Shown here: positions 8,140 through 15,996 of the stretch, piece by piece
How positions within the stretch are numbered: position 1 is the stretch's first letter
Layout: each line of letters opens with the position of its first letter
Virus record (IMG/VR): IMGVR_UViG_3300045119_000497
Direction: 5' to 3' (one strand)
Length of the DNA stretch: 20,000 bases
From: an uncultured virus (IMG/VR IMGVR_UViG_3300045119_000497)
Lineage: Duplodnaviria; Heunggongvirae; Uroviricota; Caudoviricetes
Position numbers and translations under genes: made by a program
Notes under the pieces: model-generated
Databases searched by the model: none
What the model was told of the DNA's origin: nothing
What the model saw: the letters and a program-made list of their open reading frames with translations, nothing else

Positions 8140-9293
8140 ACCCGCGCCCAAATAACGCCCCCTGGCGGCTCTTGTGGCAATACGTCTGCTTATGGGATGA
8201 GGACCAGAACGGTCTCCAACCCGAGGCGAACGACGAGCCCGGTCTCCTCGAAGACCAAGACGGCGAAATCGACCCCGAAGCGGACGGCCCCGAGAACGGC
8301 GACGGCGAGGGTCTCGGCGAAGACGAAACCGAGGACGAGATCCCAATCGGCGACGAAGGCCCCGGCGACGACTACGGAATCTCCGAACCCGAACCGTCGC
8401 CGCCACAAATTCCCGGCTTCCTCTTGTTGCGAAACGACAACGGCTCCGTCGACTATCTCCGCGAATTCGCTTCGTGGTGGGACTTCGCCACTGCGGCCGG
8501 CGACGCGTCATTGACCGCGTGGCGCTCCGAGAACCGCACTTCGCAAGAGATCGACCGTGAGTCGTGGGCCGGAACCCGCAGTTTCGACGAGGCAATGGAC
8601 ATGGCCCTTCGTCGCGGCTGGCCCGAAGGCCGAGAGTTGCTGCGAGATAGCCTCGTTTCGGTCCGTCCCCGACCCAAGGTTTACGAAAGCCTCGAATTCG
8701 AAGTGGCCGGCGCGGTTCCATGCGTTCCGGTCTATTGCGCTGGCGACCCCGCGTGGATGATTTCCGACCCCGGCGCCAGCACCCGCGCAGCCAAGCCAAT
8801 CGTCCGCATCGACTACAATCACTGGGTCCACTCCGGCGTGGACATCAAGTCGATGATGCTCCGCGGCGCTGCGATCGTTTCGCTCGCCGACTCTCTGGAA
8901 CGCCAAGGCCTTTCGGTCGAACTCCGCATCATCGGCAACTCCAAGGACTTCGACAGCAGGGCCACCTTCAGATATTCTATCACCTACAAACAAGCAGGCG
9001 AACCTCTCGACTTGGATCGGGCGGCATTCGCGATTGCGCATCCAGCGTCGATGCGCCGCCTCGCCTTCTCTATCCTCGAACAACACAAGGAACTCGAACG
9101 GTCGATGCGCGGCAACTACGGCGTTCCGCTCTACGAACAAAACCCGAGCGGCGACACACGGACTTTGGACTCCATGACCGTCCTGTTCATTCCCGGCCCT
9201 CGCGGCCGCGAAACCCCCGACTCGGCAAATGCAGCGGTGACTAAAGCCGCGTCAAATCTCCTCAACCAGCTCAACGAAAGGCTTGCGGCATGA
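8136..9293 (+). CDS. Probable VWA-like partner of the AAA+ ATPase, with acidic N-terminal extension
   Basis: ATGA-coupled to the ATPase. RGAAIVSLADSLERQGLSVEL...KQAGEPLD...HPASMRRLAF...GNYG pattern. MoxR ATPases are typically paired with VWA proteins. Confidence 0.7.
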   Translation: MNPRPNNAPWRLLWQYVCLWDEDQNGLQPEANDEPGLLEDQDGEIDPEADGPENGDGEGLGEDETEDEIPIGDEGPGDDYGISEPEPSPPQIPGFLLLRNDNGSVDYLREFASWWDFATAAGDASLTAWRSENRTSQEIDRESWAGTRSFDEAMDMALRRGWPEGRELLRDSLVSVRPRPKVYESLEFEVAGAVPCVPVYCAGDPAWMISDPGASTRAAKPIVRIDYNHWVHSGVDIKSMMLRGAAIVSLADSLERQGLSVELRIIGNSKDFDSRATFRYSITYKQAGEPLDLDRAAFAIAHPASMRRLAFSILEQHKELERSMRGNYGVPLYEQNPSGDTRTLDSMTVLFIPGPRGRETPDSANAAVTKAASNLLNQLNERLAA

Positions 9294-9673
9294 CCAGGAA
9301 ACCCGAAACCCCACCCGAATCCTTCCGCTGCCCCATCGTCGGAATGAAATACTACCCCGGCGCGCTCGCGATCGTCACCAACCTCCCAGTCGGAACCCCC
9401 TTGTTCGCCCTCGCGGAACCCACCAACCCACACGACCCAAACGCCATCCAAGTTTGGATCGAAACCCGCCACATCCCACAAGTCACTCTCGATCGCGTCC
9501 CGAACTCCGGCCGGCTCGCCTCAGCGTCCGCCTGGCAACTCGGACACATCGCCCGCGAATTCGCTGCGAAACTCAAAATGATTGGGTTTCCAGAGGATTG
9601 CGAAATCGCCGGAACCCTCCAGATCGGGAACGACGGCGGAAGTCGTATCACCCTAACGAAGACCTGGAGCTAA
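9290..9673 (+). CDS. HIRAN-domain protein
   Basis: IVGMKYY...LAEPTNPHDPNAIQV...QLGHIAREFAAKL. Confidence 0.85.
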   Translation: MTRKPETPPESFRCPIVGMKYYPGALAIVTNLPVGTPLFALAEPTNPHDPNAIQVWIETRHIPQVTLDRVPNSGRLASASAWQLGHIAREFAAKLKMIGFPEDCEIAGTLQIGNDGGSRITLTKTWS

Positions 9674-9695
9674 CCCAACCTCTGGAGAAACCAAA

Positions 9696-10004
9696 ATGAC
9701 CACGAAGATCAACTCCAACGCCTTCTACACCATTCTAATGACCAACTTCGCCCTCGCCCGGGACGAGATCAAACTCGCAACCGACGAGGACGTCACCTTC
9801 TTTATCTTCTCGGTCCATTCCTACAAAGGGCCGCAAAACCCGCAAATCACCATCAAGAACGACAAATACGGCGATGAAAAGATCGAGGTCGAAGGCTCCT
9901 CACTCTCGGACCTCGTCGATGAGTTCATCCGACGGAAGAAGTTCTCCAACGCCCAGGCGAATCTTCGTCTCGGCCCGCCCCAAATCGAAGGAGAAATCTC
10001 ATGA
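9696..10004 (+). CDS. Hypothetical protein
   Basis: GGAG RBS, coupled to the next gene. Confidence 0.7.
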   Translation: MTTKINSNAFYTILMTNFALARDEIKLATDEDVTFFIFSVHSYKGPQNPQITIKNDKYGDEKIEVEGSSLSDLVDEFIRRKKFSNAQANLRLGPPQIEGEIS

Positions 10005-10399
10005 CTAAAGTCTTCATCAAACTCGACTTGAGCGTTGTCCAAGAGGCCATCAAGGCGAAGGTTCCCGCCGCCGTCGAGGACGTGCTCCGTCGCTACGACC
10101 TCCAACGCCTCATCGAAACAGCGATCACATCCGACAAAACGCCCGAGATACCAACGACACACGACAAGCCCATGCTCGAACCAACGATCTGGAGCCTAAT
10201 ATCGCCGTCACTATCCTCGCCACGGAGCATTTTCGAACAGTCTATGAACTCGGCAATTGCCGAGGCGCTCGACGAAGCGGCGACCAAGTACCTTCAATCC
10301 CACCCTGAGATCCTACAACCCGCTCTCGACCGTGCCATTCCGAAGGCCCTCGCGAAACTCAAATTTCGAATCGAGGAGGACGACAACGATGACGACTGA
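10001..10399 (+). CDS. Hypothetical protein
   Basis: AAGGAG RBS, ATGA overlap, acidic tail. Confidence 0.7.
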   Translation: MTKVFIKLDLSVVQEAIKAKVPAAVEDVLRRYDLQRLIETAITSDKTPEIPTTHDKPMLEPTIWSLISPSLSSPRSIFEQSMNSAIAEALDEAATKYLQSHPEILQPALDRAIPKALAKLKFRIEEDDNDDD

Positions 10400-10466
10400 C
10401 ACTCAGGGCCGCCCCAACGACGAGGACCTAGTCGGCATCTATCGAAAAGAAGGTTTCGTCCGATGA
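10389..10466 (+). CDS. Possible 25-aa micro-ORF
   Basis: GAGGAGG upstream, MTTDTQGRPNDEDLVGIYRKEGFVR, ATGA overlap with the next ORF. Confidence 0.35.
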   Translation: MTTDTQGRPNDEDLVGIYRKEGFVR

Positions 10467-10597
10467 TCGCCCGCGCGATCATATTCTATGTCGGCATCTG
10501 GCTCGTTCTCATCGCTGCCACACAGACCGTCGAACCAACCTCCACCACCCCCGGCTCAATCGCCGACCTCACCCTTCACGGAAAGTTTTCGAAATGA
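10463..10597 (+). CDS. Small membrane/secreted peptide (44 aa)
   Basis: MIARAIIFYVGIWLVLIAATQTVEPTSTTPGSIADLTLHGKFSK. Hydrophobic N-terminus, ATGA overlaps at both ends. Confidence 0.55.
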   Translation: MIARAIIFYVGIWLVLIAATQTVEPTSTTPGSIADLTLHGKFSK

Positions 10598-10926
10598 AAA
10601 CCCAAAGCGACCAAATCCTCGACCTCGTCAACGCAATGAACCGAGCGAAGGCGAGCGGCAAGACCGATGCCGAAAAGGCTAAGTCGAAGGCTTGGTTTGT
10701 CCTTCTCCAGAAGATTAAGGACGAATGTGACGCGACCCATTCCGAGACCGAGGAAGAATCCCTCTCGGGAACCAAACTTGAAACAGCGGACATTCTCAAC
10801 GTCCTTGCCGCCATCACCGGCTGGCACATCGGAACCTATTCCAAGAACCAAACGGGCGAAGCCATGCTTCTCCTCGCCTTCGTCGACCGTCTTAGCCAAG
10901 CTGTTGCCATGGCAAAAGGACTCTAG
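10594..10926 (+). CDS. Hypothetical protein
   Basis: 110 aa, fits the operon packing. Confidence 0.7.
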   Translation: MKTQSDQILDLVNAMNRAKASGKTDAEKAKSKAWFVLLQKIKDECDATHSETEEESLSGTKLETADILNVLAAITGWHIGTYSKNQTGEAMLLLAFVDRLSQAVAMAKGL

Positions 10927-10937
10927 GAGGAAACCCA

Positions 10938-11453
10938 ATGACCCGCTACGCCATCATCGAACCGCAAGCGCGGAAGATCCGCACGGGACTTTTCAACGAC
11001 TACCGAGACGCCGTCCGCGATGCCGGACTCAATCCCAGCGAACTCGACTTCGGAACCTGCGCTAGGTGGCCAGACGGAAGGACGCTCTCCATCATCGTCT
11101 ACGAGTTCGGCCTCATGAACGGCGACCCTTCGGCATACTTTGGCTTCAACGGAAGCCTTTACAACGGACCTGCGGTCCTCTTCATGGCCAATTCCGAAGG
11201 CGAAACCATCGACATCTCTGAGGCTCTAGTCGCGCACTTTGCCTCCGAGTCGTGTCCGCATTTCCTCTGGTTCGCTGATCTCTCCGAGGTCGAAGACGCG
11301 ATCCGACTCCGAAAGATCGCGCGCCCCCAAAGTGCCGTGAACGGAAAAGTCGTATGGCAGTGGACCGGCAAGGCGGAGAATATCGACCGGTTCAAAAGCG
11401 ACATGTCCAATGAGATGCAAAATCTCCTCAAGAAAGGAACATCCGATGTCTGA
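10938..11453 (+). CDS. Hypothetical protein (possibly DUF3846-like)
   Basis: AGGAGG RBS, IIVYEFGL...YNGPAVLF...EGETID pattern. Confidence 0.7.
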   Translation: MTRYAIIEPQARKIRTGLFNDYRDAVRDAGLNPSELDFGTCARWPDGRTLSIIVYEFGLMNGDPSAYFGFNGSLYNGPAVLFMANSEGETIDISEALVAHFASESCPHFLWFADLSEVEDAIRLRKIARPQSAVNGKVVWQWTGKAENIDRFKSDMSNEMQNLLKKGTSDV

Positions 11454-11679
11454 ATTAAAGCCCAACTACAATCACGACCTTCGGCCATCATCAGCCAATC
11501 CTGGTCCGCTCACGACCGAGCGCGTCTGGACCATTTGTGAACTCATCATCTACCGGTTCCGGGACAAGATGGCAGCCAAGGATAGCCTAGCATACAAGGA
11601 CTGTTGTACCATCGCCGACGAAGTTCGTGAAATTCGTATGGCGTGGGAACGGTACGATCGTTTTGGGAGCCAGGGATGA
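11446..11679 (+). CDS. Hypothetical protein (77 aa)
   Basis: AAAGGA RBS, MSELKPNY..., coupled to the next gene. Confidence 0.65.
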   Translation: MSELKPNYNHDLRPSSANPGPLTTERVWTICELIIYRFRDKMAAKDSLAYKDCCTIADEVREIRMAWERYDRFGSQG

Positions 11680-11969
11680 GCGCGGAACTCGTTCGACGCT
11701 ACTTCGAGGAGAAAAATCTCACGAGCCTCGTCACTTTGTTCGAAGCTTTGACCGAGCAACGTGACCGCTCAGAGCTTCTCACTCGGAGCTATCTCCATCA
11801 AATAAAACTCCTCTCGGAGAAGTTCCAAGCCATCACCGAACCCAAGACAGGCCGACCCGTGACGGAACGCGTGGAGCGTGGCGAGAGGCGTGACGCAACC
11901 GAACCACGCTCCACGAAACCCTTCGCGAAACCAGCGGCGAAACCTACCGTCGAAGCAATGGAACTTTGA
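11676..11969 (+). CDS. Hypothetical protein (97 aa) with C-terminal MEL tag
   Basis: GGAG RBS, ATGA overlap, ends ...KPAAKPTVEAMEL. Confidence 0.75.
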   Translation: MSAELVRRYFEEKNLTSLVTLFEALTEQRDRSELLTRSYLHQIKLLSEKFQAITEPKTGRPVTERVERGERRDATEPRSTKPFAKPAAKPTVEAMEL

Positions 11970-11981
11970 CGGGATGAAAAT

Positions 11982-12014
11982 GTATGCCCAAGGGGGAGAC
12001 CCCCTCCGGCATAC
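11982..12014. other. Intergenic hairpin (terminator, processing site or operator)
   Basis: GTATGCC-CA-AGGGGG-AGA-CCCCCT-CC-GGCATAC. Confidence 0.55.
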
Positions 12015-12025
12015 CAAATCAGCCC

Positions 12026-12054
12026 TTGACCCCCCTCTCATACTCCCTTACGAT
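12026..12054 (+). promoter_or_regulatory. Sigma70-type promoter
   Basis: TTGACC, 17 bp spacer, TACGAT. Confidence 0.6.
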
Positions 12055-12067
12055 AACAGGCAAGCCA

Positions 12068-12430
12068 ATGACCGACACACCTCTCGATCCAACGACAAAC
12101 CCCGATGCCCAAGAAGCCCTGTCAACGCGCTATGGCAGCGAGGCCCTGATTCTCGTGGTGTTAAAAAGTGGCAACATCGCGATCTTTGGTCGCGACTCTC
12201 AACTCCACACCATCCTCTACGACGCCCCCTCGGTCGACGAGTTGCGGCGATTGAGTCGTGAAATCGCCACGAAGTTGTTGCGCCAAAAGGTCCTCGACGC
12301 CGAATCAGCCTTCCTCGGCGAACCTTCCGACCGTCAAATGGCCCGCGACCTCCGGCGCGAGGCGAGCGGCGAACGGCGAGCAGTAAGCATTCCGCGTCCC
12401 TCCCGCTCAATCGAACCGATGGAACTATAG
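12068..12430 (+). CDS. Hypothetical protein with C-terminal MEL tag
   Basis: Start at 12068 preferred over 11984 because a hairpin and promoter lie between them. Ends ...PRPSRSIEPMEL. Confidence 0.75.
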   Translation: MTDTPLDPTTNPDAQEALSTRYGSEALILVVLKSGNIAIFGRDSQLHTILYDAPSVDELRRLSREIATKLLRQKVLDAESAFLGEPSDRQMARDLRREASGERRAVSIPRPSRSIEPMEL

Positions 12431-12442
12431 GACAAAACCCCA

Positions 12443-12712
12443 ATGATCGCCAACCAGCGCCTCACCCTCACCGAACTTGTCGACCGAGAGTCGCGAGAGA
12501 TCGCCAAAGAGATTCTCGAAAAGAGATTGGCCGAGCAAGACTTGCCGCTTCCCGAAAGCGGCATCGACATCCACATCAATGAACTTCTGTCCGTGAGTCC
12601 GCGAATCCGCGAAGCGGCTCGGGAGCGGGTGGAGTTGCGCCTCGATGCCTATTCGAAGGCCCTCAAGGCGATCGGCATCGACCCCACCCCGATCGAAGCT
12701 ATGGAACTCTGA
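12443..12712 (+). CDS. Hypothetical helical protein with C-terminal MEL tag
   Basis: AGGA RBS, ends ...GIDPTPIEAMEL. Confidence 0.8.
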   Translation: MIANQRLTLTELVDRESREIAKEILEKRLAEQDLPLPESGIDIHINELLSVSPRIREAARERVELRLDAYSKALKAIGIDPTPIEAMEL

Positions 12713-12720
12713 GTCGAGTC

Positions 12721-12951
12721 GTGTCCCTCCAATCCGAAATCGCCTACGGAATCCTCCGCGAAGCCCTTTCGTCCGAACACGGAATCCAAATTGTGATCCA
12801 CGACCCACCGACGCCGGTCCCTGCGAAATCGCTCCGGGCGAAGTCGATTCTCCTACGATTCAAGAACGAAAACCCGGACGAATTCGGCACCTTGGTCATC
12901 CGTCCCGCGCCCTACGACCCCAACAACCGTCTCTGGATCACGAAGGAATAA
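12721..12951 (+). CDS. Hypothetical protein
   Basis: GTG start, 76 aa, fills the operon gap. Confidence 0.65.
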   Translation: MSLQSEIAYGILREALSSEHGIQIVIHDPPTPVPAKSLRAKSILLRFKNENPDEFGTLVIRPAPYDPNNRLWITKE

Positions 12952-12955
12952 AACG

Positions 12956-13456
12956 ATGGCTTCGGACAAACCACTCACCATAATAACACAAGAACGACTA
13001 AAATATTGGTTAACCTATAATCCTGAGCTAGGACAATTCTATTGGAACAATGCTCCGAGACAAGGAATTAAAAAAGGTTCAATAGCTGGGGCTGCCAAGA
13101 GTGGATATTGTCATATTGGACTAGAAAAAATATCATATAGCGCGCATCGACTAGCGTGGCTATATATGACGGGTAGATGGCCAACAGATGAAATAGACCA
13201 TATCGACGGAGATGGTTTTAACAACAAATGGTCAAATCTTAGGGAGGCAACTAGATCACAGAACCAAGCGAATCGCCAATTTCAGGACATAGCAGGATTT
13301 ACCTTAATAGGAAAAAACCACTATCGAGTTAAAATAGGACACCAAGTCCTAGGAACTTTTTCTTCTGAAAAAGAAGCTCGTGCCGTATACTTAAAAGCAA
13401 GAAAAGAACGTTATGGAGAATTCAATCCAGACCATATATTGAGGGAGAAACCCTAA
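12956..13456 (+). CDS. HNH homing endonuclease with AP2-like C-terminal domain
   Basis: TQERLKYWLTYNPELGQFYW...AHRLAWLYMTGRWP...IDHIDGDGFNNKWSNLREAT..QN..N...LGTFSSEKEA...YGEF. AT-rich. Confidence 0.92.
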   Translation: MASDKPLTIITQERLKYWLTYNPELGQFYWNNAPRQGIKKGSIAGAAKSGYCHIGLEKISYSAHRLAWLYMTGRWPTDEIDHIDGDGFNNKWSNLREATRSQNQANRQFQDIAGFTLIGKNHYRVKIGHQVLGTFSSEKEARAVYLKARKERYGEFNPDHILREKP

Positions 13457-13665
13457 TGGCTTCTGATCGCCCACTAACCCGCATCTGCGTCCGGGTCTTC
13501 AAGGCGGACTACGACAAAGCCTGCGACGTGGCAGCGGCCCGAGGCGTCCCCGTCAACGAAATAATCCGCCAGGCTCTACACACCGTGATCCTCCACCTCA
13601 ACGACCTCGAACGCAAGGCTCTCGACACAACAGAACGGCCGAGACTCGTCGACGCCGCTCAATAA
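13456..13665 (+). CDS. Ribbon-helix-helix DNA-binding protein
   Basis: RICVRV strand, helix, ARGVPVNEIIRQAL. Confidence 0.7.
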   Translation: MASDRPLTRICVRVFKADYDKACDVAAARGVPVNEIIRQALHTVILHLNDLERKALDTTERPRLVDAAQ

Positions 13666-13679
13666 AAGGACCAACCCCG

Positions 13680-13940
13680 ATGCCAACCCGCTACGTCTCG
13701 AACGCCCGAACTCGCGCCGAACTCCACGCCGAGTTCCTCTCCGACCTTCAACGTCGCCTCGACGACCTGGACAAGTACCTCCGAACCCAGGTGCGAAGCG
13801 TGACCGAATCCGCGCGCATCGCCCGAGCGAGGAACGAACTCCTCGATCTCCAAGACTATTGGAAGCACATCGAACTCGCCCACGAAACCGAACCCACCAC
13901 CGCACAGCCCGGAACCCGTCTCGGACTCGGAGCCGCGTAG
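13680..13940 (+). CDS. Hypothetical coiled-coil protein
   Basis: AAAGGA RBS, 86 aa. Confidence 0.7.
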   Translation: MPTRYVSNARTRAELHAEFLSDLQRRLDDLDKYLRTQVRSVTESARIARARNELLDLQDYWKHIELAHETEPTTAQPGTRLGLGAA

Positions 13941-14288
13941 ATGCCCTTCCAACCAAACGAAAACTTGACCGCCGCCCTTCGAGGCACGCTCCGAATCGTC
14001 GAAGCGGAAGCGAAACGTGAAGTCCAAGTTCCGAGTCCCGAACAACCCATCCCAACCGGCCCGTCACCGCTCTCCGAAGTCGAGGCCAACTCTCTCGACG
14101 AAGAGATCGACCGAATCAACCAACATTTCATCGACGGAACCCCCGAGAAGATCACCGACGACGCACTCGACCGCGCCATCGACCGCTTTCGGGCCGAGGC
14201 ACTCAAGTGGGAACAGGACGAACAAACCAAAAAGTCCAAGGCCCGGACCACCACCAAGCGACTTCATGTCGAGGCGATGGAACTCTAA
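13941..14288 (+). CDS. Hypothetical protein with C-terminal MEL tag
   Basis: GGAG RBS, ends ...KKSKARTTTKRLHVEAMEL. Confidence 0.8.
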   Translation: MPFQPNENLTAALRGTLRIVEAEAKREVQVPSPEQPIPTGPSPLSEVEANSLDEEIDRINQHFIDGTPEKITDDALDRAIDRFRAEALKWEQDEQTKKSKARTTTKRLHVEAMEL

Positions 14289-14289
14289 G

Positions 14290-15306
14290 ATGGACACCCT
14301 TCTCGAAACCATCGAAGAGGTTCGCGACGAGACCGAAACCGCATCTGCGCCGGCGGTCAATTCCTCCTTCTCGACCATCGAACCGCGACTTCAAATCGCT
14401 CACGACTCCACCTCGATCAAGGCCGGAATGAAATGCTGGCGCTACTATGAATATTCAATTCTTCACGGCTACGGACTGTCCGGCCCCGAAAACGACCATC
14501 TGGTCTTCGGCACCATCTTCCATGCCGCGACCGAGCTTTACGACCGCCTCACAGCCCGTGGCGCGGACCACCAAAGCGCAGTTCGTGGCGCGATCCGCTA
14601 TACCCTGGCGGCCACTTGGGACTTCGAACTCGGCCGCCCCTGGGTGAGTCAGGAACCGACCAAAAGCCGCGACACCCTGCTTCGCACGGTCATCTTGTAC
14701 TTAGACAAGTACAAAGATTCCCATCTGGAAACTTTGATCCTCGCCAACGGCAAACCTGCCGTCGAACACCACTTCCACATCGACATCGAAATCCAATCTC
14801 CCACCGGCGAAGACTACATTCTTGTCGGTCATCTCGACAAGGCTGTCATGTTCGGCGACTCCGTGAAGATCATCGACAAGAAAACCACCAAAGCAGCCCT
14901 GGACGACCATTACTTCAAGCAGTTCTCTCCCGACATTCAAATGTCCCTTTACACCTTTGCCGGGAAGATCATCTTCTCCTCCGAAATAGATGGCATCATG
15001 ATCGACGCCGCTCAGATTCTCGTCAACGGCAGCCGATTCGTCCGCCAACCAATCACTCGCTCCGACGGCGAACTCGACGAATTCTTCCGCGACTTCCAAA
15101 TCTACGCCAAAGAACTCGAACGCAACATCAGCGACAACTATTGGCCCAAGCGCGAAACCTCATGCGGCTTCGGTCGGTATCGTTGCGCCTTCTCCCCCGT
15201 TTGTTCCAGCGACCCCGCAGTGCGGCAAGAAATCCTGGACCGTTTTTACACCAAACGCAAAGCCTGGGACCCCAAGGTTCCAAGAACAGAAGACAAGGAA
15301 ATATAA
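14290..15306 (+). CDS. Cas4/RecB-like PD-(D/E)XK exonuclease
   Basis: KCWRYY...FGTIFH...GHLDK...IIDKKT...QMSLY...SC-x6-C-x5-C (1+3 Cys pattern). Start at ATG 14290. Confidence 0.85.
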   Translation: MDTLLETIEEVRDETETASAPAVNSSFSTIEPRLQIAHDSTSIKAGMKCWRYYEYSILHGYGLSGPENDHLVFGTIFHAATELYDRLTARGADHQSAVRGAIRYTLAATWDFELGRPWVSQEPTKSRDTLLRTVILYLDKYKDSHLETLILANGKPAVEHHFHIDIEIQSPTGEDYILVGHLDKAVMFGDSVKIIDKKTTKAALDDHYFKQFSPDIQMSLYTFAGKIIFSSEIDGIMIDAAQILVNGSRFVRQPITRSDGELDEFFRDFQIYAKELERNISDNYWPKRETSCGFGRYRCAFSPVCSSDPAVRQEILDRFYTKRKAWDPKVPRTEDKEI

Positions 15307-15307
15307 A

Positions 15308-15970
15308 ATGTCCGAAACGACCGACCTTGAAATCCAAAACGCCGAAGTCGACGACCTAAGGCCGAACGGCACCCTCGTTGTCGCGAACGAATCCCCACCA
15401 CCTGCGGTCTCATCGCCGTCGCAACTCCTCTCCGCCATTATCGAGATGGCAAAGGACAAATCTCTCGACCTCGACCGTCTCGAAACGCTTCTCGAAATGC
15501 AACAAAAGATGGAAGTTCGTCAGGCAGAAGTTGAATTCGCCCAAGCTCTCGCTCGGCTTTCTGCAAAAATGCCTCACGTTTCAAAAAACGGAACCGTTTC
15601 CCTCGGCCAAGGCAAGGGCTCTTATAGATTTGCCAAATGGGAAGATATGGACAAAATAATTCGCCCTTTAATGGCCGAAGAAGGATTCGTTCTATCATTC
15701 GACTCGAAACCCGACGACAACAGAATCATAATAACCGGAACCCTTCTACACAAGCTCGGCCACTCACGTTCTGCGTCGATGCAACTCCCCATCGACTCAT
15801 ACGGCAGCGGAACCGGACGCAACGAACTCCAAGCCCGCGGCGGAACTCTCGCCTACGGCAAACGCTACACCGCAGAAATGCTTCTGAACATCGTCCGTGA
15901 AGGCGATGACACCGACGGCCAAAGCGGCCCCAAAGGTTTCGGGGCCGGCGAAACCGTCGGAAAACGCTGA
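15308..15970 (+). CDS. erf: ERF-family single-strand annealing protein
   Basis: YRFAKWEDMDKIIRPLMAEEG...LLHKLGH...QARGGTLAYGKRY...DDTDG. Follows the exonuclease. Confidence 0.88.
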   Translation: MSETTDLEIQNAEVDDLRPNGTLVVANESPPPAVSSPSQLLSAIIEMAKDKSLDLDRLETLLEMQQKMEVRQAEVEFAQALARLSAKMPHVSKNGTVSLGQGKGSYRFAKWEDMDKIIRPLMAEEGFVLSFDSKPDDNRIIITGTLLHKLGHSRSASMQLPIDSYGSGTGRNELQARGGTLAYGKRYTAEMLLNIVREGDDTDGQSGPKGFGAGETVGKR

Positions 15971-15996
15971 CCAAACCTCCAGAAAGGAAAACGAAG

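Noticed and set aside
14017..14289. N-terminal extension of the exonuclease ORF in the track
   Set aside because: It overlaps the 13941-14288 gene out of frame and is low-complexity. ATG 14290 follows that gene's stop.
14290..15306. Cas4-like gene as evidence of CRISPR
   Set aside because: No repeat-spacer array or other cas genes are visible. Its position next to ERF fits a recombination exonuclease.
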